A DNA stretch of 63,659 nt, filler included, from Phoronis australis (Eukaryota > Animalia > Phoronida), in assembly GCA_002633005.1 (NCBI GenBank). It is 5 parts of 5 records of this genome, joined end to end, with 100 filler letters (N's around TTAATTAATTAA, not from the genome) between each part and the next. Parts side by side here need not be neighbours in the genome. Positions count along the whole stretch, not along the records: positions 1 to 13,866 come from NMRA01001428.1; positions 13,967 to 32,327 come from NMRA01000336.1; 3 more parts are not named here. One strand, 5' to 3'. The notes below the pieces were generated by a model, which saw only the letters and a list, made by a program, of their open reading frames with translations, was not told the DNA's origin and searched no databases. Shown here piece by piece: positions 1-14,420 of the stretch (positions are counted from its first letter, which is position 1; every line of letters begins with the position of its first letter). The position numbers and the translations under genes were made by a program.

Positions 1-699
1 ATTTTGAACAGGAATGAATAATGCATCGTTGGTATTTTTGTGAAAATGCACTTCCTGAGCAATTTTGAAGTGCCGACATTTTTTGTTTGCCAGGACAGAG
101 TCTTGTTTGCCATCCCTACGTAGAGAGCTCGCGCCTAAATTCCGTAGACAGAGTAGCGCTACTTTCACAGCAAGGTATATGGTAGAGTCGGGCGTAGGTT
201 TTGATGAACTGGAATTGAATTTGAACTCTCTGGAGCATGTACATGTGTACTGTAGTATGAAAACATTTGCACTTGATCGACAAAAGAAATTTTATTTTGT
301 ACATTCGGTCTTTTGCTTCATTGGCCATTGCAACTAGCAGCGATAAGGTTTTGATTTCCTCCCGTCAACTTGTGTTGCACCCGTAGCTCCATGTGCGTAG
401 CCAAGGGAACTTCAAAGGGGGCAAACATTCCCCCTCCCCCAAAAAGCGGCAGGACAGTAAAGTATAGTGTGGAATATTTTAAAAACACTTTCTAGTAGTT
501 TGGGAGACCAATGCATGAAGAATAGTGTCTGAAAGTTCCTTATGAATCCGATCAGCCATTCTTGAGGTATAATGTTTCGAAGTTTACCGAAATTGGACAT
601 TATTCTAAGGTCGCACGCAACCTAGTGATATGTATTTTCATGCTCCTAACTATATATCAGGAACTAAACGACAATGTTGTTTGAACATCACTGACCTAC

Positions 700-1810
700 T
701 CTAAACAAAATGCAGTTGTATTCATTGACAACTTGTCAATGTGAAAACAAATCTGCAAATAAGTGATCTTTGTACCTTGGGAGTTCACATAGCCGGCATC
801 ATGCAGTGCTATTCCCCAGCACCACGTCACGATGCTTACTGGACACGGTTGAGTACGTGAGTTGCGGAACAAAATTCGTTCATAACAGCATTTGTTAATT
901 TTCAACGTACTTCACATTCAAATCGTTGCTATATATGTTGTGTTTCTAAATAATTTGACGAAGCAGACATAAGGAATTAGCGTGCAAGTTACGCTTTAAT
1001 GCTGGCATTGCCTCCATATAATTCTCTGAAAACGTCGACGTTATGGTGTTCCTATTGAGCGGAATAATGCTATCTCCAGATTTATGCATAGTTCCCAGAA
1101 ATCCAGGCACCATTGTTTACAAAACGAACAAATATCTGGAAACAATTATACACACTTGTTGAACTGATTAGTTTGGCGTGGAATTCACTTAAGTGTCCTC
1201 GCCTTCTGTTTTCATCATCTTACGTGAACCAACTAGTAAACATTGACTACGGTTTTCAAAAGTCATAGGTCACTGTCAGTAGGAGATATAGGTTTTTATC
1301 TTGTTTCTTCCGAGGCAACCAAAATTTGTAAGTGTTAGTGTTAACTTATTGCGCAGCGTTTATCCCTGCAGAAATTGAATGAATGGAAAACATGTTATTT
1401 GTAATGGGGCAGTGAGTCGCAGATGTCACCTCATTGCTATCCAGGGCACTAACATAGCAAGGGCACAGAGTTGTTCTTTCAAGGACGATTTCCCTATTAC
1501 GGTCACTTTCCCCATTTTCACGCCCTTCTCTAGGGTCACTCCGCGGAATCTGGTGTAAAATCTCTGCGCACAAATCGTTTTAAACACTGAATCAACGTTA
1601 TAGTCAGCCACTGGCTACTGACGTCTTCGAACCTGTACGACATCTGTTGGTGATATTCATCGTCGAGAATGAGTCGAAAGGTGGGAAATCTTCGGTAACA
1701 CATGGTCACAGGTCTGTGACAAGTTAAAAAAAACCTTGCAGGCGATCCGATACCTAAATAGCATCGAACCTGTGCAGGCCACATAGGTCGGGCCCATTGC
1801 ACAAAACACG
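700..1810 (-). pseudogene. Highly decayed Kolobok-type (Mutator-like domain) transposase remnant
   Basis: Frameshifted minus-strand peptides occur in the expected order: FFNL(S/P), ADYNVDSVF..RF.T.GV..GKV (decayed SFDGTWQKRG..GV..GKV region), C..H.P.N and QPCPVSIVTWC (H..CP.G..SWC motif). Many stops. Confidence 0.45.
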
Positions 1811-2499
1811 TACCTGATTTAAAACTTATGAGAATACTCTTATGTAAATATAGTCATTAATTAGCCTCTTCCAGAGAAAGGTTGCAGAAGTCCGTAGCCA
1901 AGTAGGCCATATTCATTTGTTACGGATGCTGGGTATTTGAACCAAGTTACTGTCCACTGATAGCGTCCACAGCCACCACTGTTTCCGCTTGTTTGGTCAT
2001 TTCACTTAATCTTCTACCAGGATCAGTGATTCCTCCGAACAAGTCTAGTCATCTGACAAGTTAAATCTGGATCCACCTGTCTTTTTCAGCGGGGGGCGTC
2101 CGATCCTTTCACGAATGCACTCTTTTGCACCTCGTTCAACTCGTTTTTTTTCTTTAACACAGTAAAATTCATTTCCCCCCAAAAAGTGATAAATACCTGC
2201 AGAAATTTTGGGCCTACTGGATGGCGCTGTACACAGGACGTTGATATATGTTGCCGTTCTGATCCCATACCCCCAGTGCACTCTAATCAGAGCCTCAAAC
2301 GCCCTTGACGATATTATTGCTAGACCCCTGATATCCTACTCATACTTCTTTTCAGACGAATTGGCTACGATTTAAATTTTGGCAAAGTCAACAACGTACG
2401 TGAGAAAGCTGCATCTGCCTGACCTGATGATCAGACACTAATGGTTCCCGATTATACACAGTACGAACGACGCCCAACTCAGTTCTGATAGATCGGATG

Positions 2500-3240
2500 A
2501 TACAACTCAAGTTTTGATCCGTGTGAGTGTCTTTCCTGTACACTTGTATTTTCAAAGAGTCGTCTTGTTGTTAAGTCAATGTGACATCTAAAAAAGGAAG
2601 GTAGTTGTCCGTTTGTTTCTCATACGTGAATCTTATACTGGGCGGATTGATACACACCATGACGATGATCAGTAAACTGTTGCGTAGTTTTTTACTACTT
2701 CAAAAAGTCGTCCACATACCGTTTCCAGGACCTTGGTTTAACATCCACCGGGGAAGTTTCTAGAGCCTGGTGTTCTAAATTCTCCATAAACAAATTACAC
2801 GCCATATTTCTGACGGTAAACCTTTCCACAGAACTGGAAGGAAGTGAAAACAATTTCCAGCAGTTCAACAATATCTGACACGCTAAGTCTCGTGCGTTTA
2901 TTTAACGAAGCGTCCATGGACACGGTCTCTCTCTGATGACTGGCAAAGCTAGCGTTCTCAGTGGGAGTTTTGGTGAAAATCGACACACAAGAAACCATGA
3001 CTTCAGCCGAATCCAATACCAGATCTTTTACCCGACTCGCAAAATTTTTAGCATTCTGCACATGACACTCAGGTAGTCCTACCAGAGGTGAGAGTATAAC
3101 TGCCAAAGCTCTCGAGATTTTATAAATTATAGAGCCACGGTAGTCAACTTGCCGAACGGGACGCAGTGAAATGTTTTTCTTATGGATCTTAGGCGTGCAG
3201 TACCCTATAAGCGTGGGACAGACTCAGAGGTAGGATACAA
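2500..3240 (-). mobile_element. Penelope-like element reverse transcriptase fragment (pseudogenised)
   Basis: Minus-strand motifs PKIHK..LRP, ILSPLVG..HVQN, MVS(C)VSIFT, FQFCGKVYRQKYG, WKRYVDDF (about 2703-2730), FTYE..LPFLDV and VYRKDTHTD are typical of PLE RT. Frameshifts present. Confidence 0.85.
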
Positions 3241-6200
3241 ATGATCTAAAAGGAAAGAGAAGAGTCGATCCACATCAGTTTTTCGGGTCAGTAGCTGTTT
3301 TGCTCGGTGCTTATATGTTCTGACACACAATGCCCCTAGTGATTTCCTGCCTCAGTGTAGGCTATCTTCAAGTTTGTCTTTCATGTCAAATGAGCGTCAT
3401 TTTGAGTTTACCAGAGGTCCAGAAGTTATTTTTGGCAATCGTCTACTAAATCATGTAGCAAAATTGTACGTTTGTCAGTAAACATGTACTTTGAACGTAT
3501 TTGATCGTGTTTTTTTTTCAAACAAAAGCATCTACCCACCTCTAAAAAGCAATTCATTTCACATATCTACAAATATTCAACAATGACGCTTATTCCACAT
3601 TTAGACTTCCCCGTGTCGGACTAATCAGTCTTATGTAGACAAGTCATGAATTCATCGCCTTTAAATTCTGAAGTGTAAAGGCGAAACAATTTTGGAATTG
3701 TCGCTCGTTCATGGTACTAATACCGCAACACCTGAGGGCGCACCAAAGCCATGTCCTCTGCTCATTGTTAAAAAAGCTGTCCCCCGGTCAAAATTATTTC
3801 AATATTGCCTTCACGTTGACACTGCAATCAATTTCTTTTTTAAAGAAGTTTAGTCTGTTTTCTGCTTATGTAGTTCACGTCATACATTGTATAAACAACG
3901 TCCTGTTTTGAGTATTCACGTACATAGATAGCGTTCAAACACAGAATATACGTCGCCTCAGATGTCGTGCGTTCTTCATAACTTTTACTTAATTGTACAA
4001 TTGCCAAGGGTTGTTACTGATGACCGAGACCCCTGGTGGTATCGGATATTTTTATCTTGTGGGCTGAACTTGACGCACACCTTTTTCGGTGAAAGATTCC
4101 ACCATCAACTAGATAACTCAACTAAGACTATGAGTTACAACAATTAGTTCCGTTGTGACATGTTTAGCCTTTACAGTGCCCAAATAATTAACATTGTAGA
4201 AACTTCTGAAAATCAAACGAAGCCTGCGAGGACATCAGTTCTATTGTCATACTGCCAATAGATGTCGCGGTAGACTTGTAGTAAACAAGCAGCATGGCTG
4301 TGTTCATATATTAGTTTCTTGCGAGTTTGGCGAGATCATGAAAGTATTATAAAAAAAACTTATTGCTCAATCTCTCAAGTATCCTTTGCTGCTGAACGGG
4401 CTTATGGCCTTATCCGGTACGTAAGCGTATCGGCTTCACTACATGTGACCTACAGCTAGATGATATTGACCGTTAGCACCTTAGGTATTTTCGTAGCCTC
4501 AACTGAGTAACTTTCAAATTCCAGAATAATTGGCCGAGGTGTTCTTGATGCAATTGAGCCTCTTTTAACAAGAGAGTCAGACTTATCTATTCATGATACA
4601 CACAACACTTTGCCATTCTCGTGGTCACGTGACCATGCGTTTCTGGCATCTAAAAGGTACATAAATAGAAAAAAAATATTTTCAAACTTTGACGGAATTG
4701 CTCAAAAAGCCGTGTTTGGGATTTTCCAAAGCTAGCGCAAATATACTTGAGGCACAGTGCTGTCAGAAAATTCAAACACCAAGGAAATCGATGGGGTTTG
4801 TCTAGATATCGTGTTCCGAAATTTGGAGCCGTGCTCAAACAGCAATTGCTAAAAAACGCAATTTTGTGTCAACAGCCGACGGAACCCTTATTGTTTAATT
4901 TATCTTGATTTATGTTCGAAACCATGTTTTACAGTAGTTACAGTGACTACAATGTATTCAAGTCTCCTTTAGTTTACTTTTTTCAAAATAACACAAAATT
5001 TAGCAAAGTGGCAAGAGATAATTAACAATGAAACTTAAAGCGCGTTGCTTGATGAACTGTTGTGGGGTTGCATAGACATTTTTAGATGTCTGTGGTTGGG
5101 TGTGTTAAAATGTTGGCCCGCAGATTATCTTCGAGTGAGTCACAGGCAACGTCGTGTTTATCATGGAATAAACTGTGTGAAACTACACAGAAATATTCGG
5201 CGAGAGTTGTGTGACGAAATAACATAAATGGGTAGGCTCTTCAGCAATTCTATTGTTTTGTTTAACACGTGGTGAATTAAATTCAGACGGCCCCACGTTC
5301 GGTGGGCGAAATAAGTGGGTCCGGAGCTGTGGAAGTATCAAAAACATTTCTTGAGTGCTTTTACGTTTACAATGCGTCATCTCAACAGACCGTACATTCA
5401 AACTTTCTTGATCACGTGGAACAAGATGTAACTCACATTGCCATCTGGTGGTAAAATATAAAACTTCTATTAGGTTACAAATAGCTGGACCGTTTTCATT
5501 GTTTAATATAAACAAGTGATAGGTTTATGTTTTCAAGCTGTTTCAACTGAAGCTGCATGAGAGGGGGGATGATATTTTGTGATTAAGTAAGATGATAAAG
5601 TAGAAATTGCGAGGCAAATAACAGGAAAATAGAGGACAATAGCGTACCTCAATTATTGATTAGTTTTCCTTGACCTTTTCCAGAGACATATTTTTGAATG
5701 TTTATTATAAAATAGCCAGTACAATAAATATACACTCCCAGAATGCGCGAGGAGGCATTGTATGTGGGCTAAATAAGAACAAAGAGATCTATACACAATT
5801 ATGCACAAATACAAAAATTAATAAACTGATGTTAAGATTACAATGACACATTGTTACGAATATAAATAAATCATTTTCATACACGATAAGCTATTTTAAT
5901 TTTATCGACTCACAAAAAAGATTTAATATGGAAAAGAAATTTTGATACTATTTAGAATAAAACCTTATTTTCATTTAGGTTGAGTTCTTTACATCCATTT
6001 AGAAAAAAATAATTTTGTTATACATTTGAGGAATATCAGAATATTTTTGTAAACATTGGAGTATTGTTCGAGTGTCTGGAAAACCTGTGACCTTTGCTCC
6101 CCGCATACCCCACAAGCAAAGAAAATAATAAGCATTTGTCTGAGTGCCTCGGCAGGAGTACAGAGGTGAAATATTTTTAAAATTATGTCTAAATTTGTCG

Positions 6201-7323
6201 TTGTTTAGGAATAGTCCGCATATTGATCTGTATATGAGATATTCATTCCATATCACAATCAGTACGCACCACAGGCCCCCAATAGAAAGGTGCCAATTCG
6301 ATACAAAAAAGTCTTCGCTTTCTTACAGAAAATGAGCGACTTAAAACGTCGGAGCTTTTTAAGAAACAAATTAGAAATACTTTATTTAATAATTGAAGAA
6401 AACGATAAATTAGTAATTGAAAGTACTCACGAAATGTTTTTTCCTTGGCTTAGCTGGTTCTCGTTTCTTGAAAGTAACTTAAGACTTAAGATCAAACATT
6501 TTTCTGAATGAAGACCTGAAATCGGCCTAAGTTAAGACCGAAGGCGAAAATCAGGAGAGACCATTTCGTGAACACAACGTCCCTTTTGTGGTCTTCGGTC
6601 TTAACTTAGAAAAAAAGTTTTGACATAGGTGCGCATATCACTGAACTGCGCTTTCGCCACCTGTTGCTAATTCACGACACTAAGCGGTCTTGAAACACTA
6701 AATGCGGATCTATTTACAACACCCTGGATACAATTGAGATCTCTTTTACGTGAGAAGACCCCGTTATGACTGGAAAATATCATTTCACATGTGCAGGCAA
6801 GTCGCACCTAAGATCACTGACAACAAAAACAGACCATCAGTTCGCAACTCCGATATTTTGTATGGAATTCCCAAATGAAGTGCCACTTTCCGCTTTGTGG
6901 GCAGACGACTTAAAACCAAGCGCCGTTAGTGAACAGTGACTTCTCAGCCAATAGTGTGGTTGATGGTCTTGTGCGTACAATCACAGTACAAAGAATTGTC
7001 GGCACGACATGTTGGAGGTCTGGTAGCACTGCCTTGTCTCTTGGAGTCTTTGGTGCTTTGCCGAAAGCAGCCGAACTTTAATTTGACATTGTTTAGGGAC
7101 ATAAGGTCATGAAAACATTAGCGAATTTATTCTTCAACAGTTTACAGTGATGACAGTTGCAAATTTTGGTCATTTAAACCAAAAGTCGAATCTTAAGCTT
7201 GTTCCATAGCAGGCTAACATTCTGTCTTGGTTTAGGCCGAATTTGGTCTTGGATTTGGTCTTAAGAAATTTCATCACAGGGCTAAGCCTTTGGCCGCTTC
7301 GGAATTGAGTTTACCTTCGTCTG

Positions 7324-7640
7324 CAGTGGCGGATTTAGGGGGAGGAGGGGCAAGGGGGCCATGGCCCCCCTAAAATTCTCCAAGAAACCATTTGCCAGTT
7401 CGGAGTGGGAATTGCTGACTAGCAAATGCGCGCACCCAGGGAGGTCAGGGGGCGAATGCACAATGTATAGGCCCCGTTAACCGTTTTTTGTTTTCGTTTC
7501 TGTTTTTGTTCTAGTAATAAGGTCCACAAACCCAAAAATTCGAGACTCCTGCATCCCTACATTTTAGGCTGGACCCGCGCATGTGGCGAAATTCTGATTA
7601 TTCCTGTGCCCTGGCCCCCCTAACTCAAAATCCCGGAATT
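7324..7640. repeat. GC-rich hAT-like MITE (CAGTGGCGGAT start) with a nested (C)ATGCGCGCACCC...CGCGCATG element at 7426-7583
   Basis: Starts CAGTGGCGGATTTAGGGGG. The inner element shares AAGGTCCAC..AAAATTCGAG..TTTAGGCTGG with copies at 23430-23621 and 26558-26802. Confidence 0.45.
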
Positions 7641-7713
7641 GTTGGCTATGGTTAATTGAAAGACTCGAAGCAGCGTGAAGCTAATAGGCGAAAATAGTTT
7701 CACACTTGTGTAA

Positions 7714-9644
7714 GGTAGGTGTCAAATGTCCAGGTTCCTAACTAAAATGAGTGAAAAGGGAGTTTTAACTAGTTAGACATGACTCTGAAAGTGACAAAAA
7801 TCGAAAAAAAAAAATTTGTAGTTCGTTTTTTTTTTTAAATCGTATTTTTTAATTTTCAAAAAATCCAATTTTACCTCGAATTTTTTTTCAAAATGCACAG
7901 GGATCATCATCAACTGTTTCCTTACGCAATATTCTACTTATCCATACCAAATATATATACAAAATCATTATAATTTTGATTTTGTGGCATTTTTTGTGTG
8001 TGAGTTGGGGCAAGCAGGACACTTTTTGTGCTTTGGTCACTTTCCGTCTAATTACTAAAAATCTGGTCCATTTTTCAAAAGACCCTTGCACGCGATTTTA
8101 CTTCAGTCCAAGAGGATTTCAAATTTGCAAATTTCGTAAAAATTGACCCACGTGTTGTGGAAAAATAGGCCAGAGAATCTTGTCACTATCCTGAAATCAG
8201 GAGCCGAGAAAAACGGCTTTGAAGTTAAGCGGTCATCGATTGCCACTTGAGATCAAATTTCGTTCCGAATGCGTGGTCATTATGTTCCAATTTTTGTTGA
8301 AGTACTAGAAATAAAGCTGATATTTACTTCATGTTTAGAAAATGTGACATATCTGTTTGTTTACAGCGTAATTTTAATCATTTTTTCGAACTTGTGAAGC
8401 ACGACAGACGACCAAAACAAATATGGTTGTCACGTGGGCAGAGCTTAGCGTTGATCTGTTTGCTGTACTGACCACCCATTAAAACCATGTGTTGATTGTT
8501 TATACGATTCATCTGAACTCTCCACTCAGTGTAGTAAAAGACTCTCTAACTATATTACACAGACCTATTTGTTAGTATTCCAATATTATCATCAACCAAT
8601 ATATGTGTTATATCAAATCGCCGTGTTACTGTCTACCTAAAAATATTGGCGACGAGGATAAAGAACTACTTTCATGGTAATGGTTCAACATTTTTACGTG
8701 CCTGTACCGAATGTACTTTGGGATAAGAAAATATCACTTTCTGAGCAAATAGCGTCGCTTGGGTGAGATTCTCAATTTACCAAAGTTTCTTATATTGCTT
8801 TCCTCTAAAATCGTAGAATATCATGAGTTTTAATTCAGGGTTACGTTTGAATCTATGCACTAGAAAAATAAATTTTGATATGTGGAACACTGGGTCATTT
8901 CTCTAATTCTTTGGGTTACGGCCAGTGGCAAGTTAAAAAATCCTCTCGGTTTGACAGCCTAGTTTCTCCACGGCGCGTTCCCAGCACAGAAGCACGGTTT
9001 ATCTGCAAAGACAACTCTGACGGCATGTAGTTGACCATGTGTCGCGCGCGCGGCTTGTCTTCACAGCGCGTGAATGCACTCTCACCGAATCGTGCAACAC
9101 CGCAAACGTCGACGCTCAGCGTCCTCTCGCAAGACACCTCACCTTACCGACTTCTCTTCTACACGCACAATTTCTGCACTGACTCCTCAAGCTGAGTGCA
9201 GTGATGGCTTCGGTAGGACTTGGCGTACTCAACTTATTTTTTGCAGATAGACAAACATGCTCAGGCTCGGAACAGGAGCTAGTTCACCATTTCACTACCA
9301 ACTTTCACATGGTCAAAAATAGAATTATTTTATTCTTGGTCGTACTACAACATCAATATCAGATGGTACAGTACTCTCGATTGCCCGGTTACGCAATGTT
9401 TGTTGACAGGGTTAGATTAGAGCTAGTAAGTGTCCTTGTATATAAGCTCCGCCCCAGTTGTCAATCACTGAGCTGGTGAGCACTCAAGCCACATGACTTG
9501 GTCAAATATAGCTAAAAAAACAACTTTGGATTTTCAGAATGATTTCATTTTTCTTCAGTATACTGTGCATCAAGAATTAAAGATTAGGATGACATAAAAA
9601 AGTAAAAACAGTCAAAATTATTTTTTTTTGTGTATCCACCTACC
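7714..9644 (-). mobile_element. Non-autonomous Kolobok-like DNA transposon
   Basis: Termini GGTAGGTG...CACCTACC flanked by GTAA / TTAA. Internal minus-strand remnant (about 8916-9250) SAKNKL..C..C...SLQINRASV resembles the N-terminal zinc region of Kolobok transposases. Confidence 0.55.
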
Positions 9645-11189
9645 TTAAGTGAGACAGACTGTCACTGATCGAGACGACACGAAGGTATCCATCGTGCTCG
9701 TCATCGACTTTACAGAATTCTAATCACACTCACTCTCGCGTGGAAATCACAAGACATGATCACTTGGAACAGTTCCTTAAGTGAAACTTACATAACTCCA
9801 TACAGATGTTTACCACTGTCAGGAATCGGGTCATGATTTCACTGAACGATGCACTGATCTAGGATAAGAAAAAAGTGGTTTGAACGTGAGTGCATCGATG
9901 AAAGAATCGCATATCTCACCCTGAACAAGAGAGGTGGGCACATCGAGTATTGTCGATGATTTTCTGTCATTTGACTCATTCCCGACAATCGTCAGCAGAT
10001 GTCGCGTAGGTGTAATGAAGTCATCATTGGCAGACGACGAGACGCTGCCAATTTGAAACTTCTAAGTCGGCACACCAACCCGGCCTGCTTTTGATAACGG
10101 TTCATTGGATGAACACTGGGGAATGGTCATGTGACATGTTGAGGTTTACACAAGAACACCGTGAAAACGTGCCAAAAGCCATATTTCTCACATGACCTGG
10201 AATGTGTTAGGACACGACTTGTTAATAACACCTAGGACCAGATAATACGAGTACATATTTTTGATACTACATGGGCGAATCGCAAAGAAGTGCAAAGTAG
10301 AAATCCACACGCCTTACATTTTATCGTCTGCAAAACAACCGGCAAACGCGCTCTAACCAAACAATGCCATAACTCCGAGAAGGTGACAAGGTTATGATTG
10401 AAAAATCGAGTGTCGTAACTGTACGTACTCCCAGTCGGAAGGACATGCAAATAACTTCTTAAATGGACCCGGCGGCGAATTTCCTATCTATGTTCAAACG
10501 GAGACAAACTCCAACTCAAGAAATGCGATGAGACTGTCTAGCTGTGCTGTCTCAAGCGCGGGTAAGCCTTGCTGACTGTGTTATTTATAAACATTTACAA
10601 AACCGTACCTGAGTTTACTTCACATTGCGCAAGCGTATTTTTACAAAAGGTGCGTCACGTGGTTAAAAGTTTTAGAAACTTCGACTTTTTCGGCAAAAAA
10701 GATCGTTTTTACGGTTCATGTGGGAACACAAATCCTACACTCGTCTCAGGTTGATGACATGGGCAAAACCTCTCCAAAATTTCGTCAAAATCCCGAGGCT
10801 TGCCGATTCTCTACTGTTTGCTTGCGTGCCGGTATAATATGGCAAATGCAGGCCGAATATATTTACATATGTGAAAGAATTGAAACAAACAGTGTGCTAT
10901 CCTTAGACAAAAGTATGACCTCAACTAAGAGTAGCCGAACGTTGTTTGGAATTGAGCAATTATGATCATAATGAGAGAGGTGGTTCTGCGGCAAATTCAA
11001 GTGAGGGAATAATCCAAAGGTTGGTCGTACAGGCAAAAACGTTTGAAAAGCGACTGGGAGTCAGAGTATCATTAGATAATTAAGTACCAAATTTGCGAAA
11101 TCGTTTCAAAGAATTTTCATTTTGTACCAAGAATATGAGACGTGACATAGGACGATATGATAAATTTCACGATTATTGAATTTCATAGC

Positions 11190-11895
11190 AATTTCCTCGC
11201 GGATCTTTCATGTCGTGGAGAGATGATATCGTTACAAAATTTGCCTCTTCGCAGACAGATAAATTATACGTTTTGCACTTAAGATTTCTCGCGCAGAGGA
11301 AAATTTGAACGTTCTTAGAGTTATGAAACTTGAGAGCATTTCTCGTGCAGACCTTGCATGTCGCGGATAGGTGATTTCTTTACGAGTAGAATCCTTCTAA
11401 TTACCGATGGTTTTCGCTCAAGTAACCCTATTGATATTTATGTTCGAGATTTTAAACATAGGAATTATTTGTCTAATCTTTTATGTCTCCCATATATGTA
11501 TAACAATATAAGCTCACTGTTCACGTCCTAAACAGGGGATTTCTGTGAGAAATAATCCACTTGCCGGACATGTACATGTAGTTAAAATGCGTTTTAAAAC
11601 TAGGATTCCCATCATATTGGTAAATTCCATTGTTTTTGGTTATGAGTTTTAGCGCAATATTTGTGCACGTCTGGCATGTCGCAGAGAAGTGATTTTGTTA
11701 CGACATGAATTCTCACCGAAACAAACATGTTCTTAGAGATACATTTTAATCTTTCATGTCTTATATATAACAATATCAATTTAGGAACATGGATTTCGCG
11801 ATTTTCTGCCTGATGTGCTTGTCACGGAGAGGTGATTTCTAAAAATAAGACTCATTTCGCTGATCTTTCACGTCTCATTGTCATATGCACCATGA
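11190..11895. repeat. Degenerate interspersed two-motif repeat array
   Basis: Motif CATGTCGCGGAGAGGTGATTT-like at about 11209, 11357, 11676 and 11818. Motif ATCTTTCATGTCT-like at about 11477, 11749 and 11863. Confidence 0.45.
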
Positions 11896-13649
11896 TCGTT
11901 TGAGCAAATTAATTTGAAGGAGAAACAGGTGAACTTGCAGTACCTCCAGCGTCATTAATATGCCATCTTCAAGGAACAAATTGGTGTTATTTAGTAGACG
12001 GTAAAGACTTTAATATTTCATTTAACTCTCAATGCTTGAATTGCAGACAACTTGAACAGTTCCTAGTTATTACTTAGTGTACAGATGCAGAATTTTACTT
12101 CGAAATGAAAACCACCTTACAGACGCGCTTATTCCGCAATGAAAGTAAATTTAATGCGCTCTATGTCGCACAAGCCATAGACAACAAGTCTAGTGTCCTT
12201 TCCCGGTCGGATTGCTCCGCCCAGTGGATGCCAGCACTTCCTGCTTGTGATCTGAGCTATCGAGCCACCTCTGGTCAAATCCCACTGAATGTCTGAGCGG
12301 TCACTTCCCCAACAGTTGCCTGAATGTAACACGATTCCGGTGTCATCCCGGGGCTGGGCTTGTCCGTGATACACGTGAACACATTTCCCGCTGCAAAACA
12401 TCACATTGCTTACACTGTGGTAACCATAATAAACCTGGAAATTTTACGTTTTACAGACTCAGAGAGAAACAAACGGTACTAACTGACTGAGATATTCTTT
12501 TCTCGTTATCAATAAGTCCTGCTACGTTCGCTGTACCCTAGAACTATAGGCTACCTATACGTCGACGTTTCGTAGTAAATCACCAACATGTTCTGGAATT
12601 CAACAAAGAACTGGGACTAAACGCTGATTTCATGTACATGTACATGCCCAAAATGTCACAACAGCCCAAGCTGTCAGTGGAATATTCCAAGTACCGGTGC
12701 AATGCCGTGTTTGTGTCACCCCAGCGGTGAATCTTTTTCTTTTGTCGTCTGAAATTCCTGTTACCGTGACAGGTCAAACATGAGAGCTCATTTCGATCTG
12801 TTGGAACTGCAGTGTATTGGTTATTGTTGTGAACAATAGAAGGCGCGANCCAAAAATTTTGCAGACGTCAGGGTTAAACCGTCGCAACCGAGATAAGCGT
12901 GGGGCCGGGCCGTATTTGAATATACTAATCTTACTGCCAGTATGCAAGCAATGGTGCTTTGCGATTAGCAAAGAGATTATCCCTCATTTTTAAATGACCC
13001 AAGTCTTCATATCTTCTCTTAGAAGAAAAATAAAATGTATGAGAAACCGTTCCCTCAGCCTTAGACTAGAAGTGTGCTTGACAGACCCATGAATCTGCAA
13101 TCGGAGTTTAAAATTGCTGAAAGTATCAAAAATAACAAGGCTTGAAAATGGGTAACAAAGGCTTGTAGTTGTCTCAAATAACATGCATATTTTGCAGACA
13201 AGTGATGCGTTAAAAAAATGTTTATGGCTACGAATGAAAAATAAAGACGCAGTTTCATACATTACTTATTATATAAAATCTTGCTTTCTGGAAATAGTAA
13301 TTATTTAATTTTACGGTGTGAAATTGTAGAGCAGTCAACATATCAAATTTTTGAAAAACAGGGGCAGCAACTTTTACTCATTCTGTAGTACTTAATTATT
13401 CAAATTTCAATATTTGTTCAGGGACATTTTTAAGGCCACTTCAAGCTGCAACATAGACAAGCTTTGTTACTCCTTTCTCTTCCCACAGCATTTCCACACA
13501 TCAGCAGCGGTGCATGGAGAAATGTAAATCGCAGTACTAAGTTACCATAGGAAAATGTGCCAGTGGATTGTTTGTGTGTGAAAAGGAACTATATCTGACT
13601 GCTACACAAGTCAGTCTCGTTGGTGAGGATGCCCTTTCATAGGCAATGA

Positions 13650-13845
13650 AAAATTTAGTTACTACCTGTTTCCCAAGGATCAAGAACTGCGTTAAACATG
13701 GGTAGGAGACATTAGTAGAGCTGGTAGCAAAGGCCGACTTCGTGAATTCTTTCCGACTTGGTAGCATAAAGTATGCAGCGCTCATTTTGAGGGCGGCAAG
13801 AAAACGTATCTTGGAAACTGCCCAACAATATCTCCCTTCAAAGAA
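13650..13845 (+). pseudogene. THAP-domain remnant
   Basis: Translates KFSYYLFPKDQELR*TWVGDISR...*HKVCSAHFEGGKKTYLGNCPTISP (THAP FP..W..CS.HF..PT signature) with stops. Runs into an assembly gap. Confidence 0.6.
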
Positions 13846-14085
13846 ACAGTAACAAAATACTCTACGNNNNNNNNNNNNNNNNNNNNNNNNNNNNNNNNNN
13901 NNNNNNNNNNTTAATTAATTAANNNNNNNNNNNNNNNNNNNNNNNNNNNNNNNNNNNNNNNNNNNNGGCGTTTTTGTTTTGCTGGAGACGTTTTTGTTTT
14001 GTTTTTTGTTTTTTTAATTTTTGGGTCCTGGCCCGAGGGGGGGGGTTTAAACCCCCTGAACCCCCCCGTAGATCCGCCTCTGGTT

Positions 14086-14420
14086 GGGTATGGAAAAGTT
14101 CACAACCAGCAAGAAGGTACCCTTCTGGACAGCTAAGTGAGGGGGCTAGAGAGAGGCCGTAAAGTCTACTCCCAGAAGATATGTCAAAGAGAATTTGTAG
14201 CTTGAGGAACGAGTCGGGGAAAAAGTATTTGCCGAAGATTACTGGCTTATACCACAACAGGTCCAAAGTAATTTGTTGAGATAGGCCACCCTCAGCAAAT
14301 GTGGGGAAACTGGGACAGAGGAAGTGGAGTATGCATTGAAAGAGGCAATCTGCGATTGTCAAGGATGTAGCATTGTAAAAATTCAAAGGGAGGAAACAGT
14401 ACAGTGGCTGGACCTGTAAG
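14086..14420 (+). pseudogene. Decayed C-terminus of an invertebrate transposon-associated protein
   Basis: Frameshifted peptide PEDMSKR..RNESGKKVFAEDYWLIPQQVQS resembles a C-terminal motif recalled from marine-invertebrate TE proteins. Family not identified. Confidence 0.3.

Noticed and set aside
13867-13966. TTAATTAATTAA centred in N runs (also 32328-32427, 47565-47664, 61771-61870)
   Set aside because: The identical 100-bp layout marks an artificial all-frame-stop scaffolding linker, not a TSD or biological motif. Adjacency across these gaps is uncertain.
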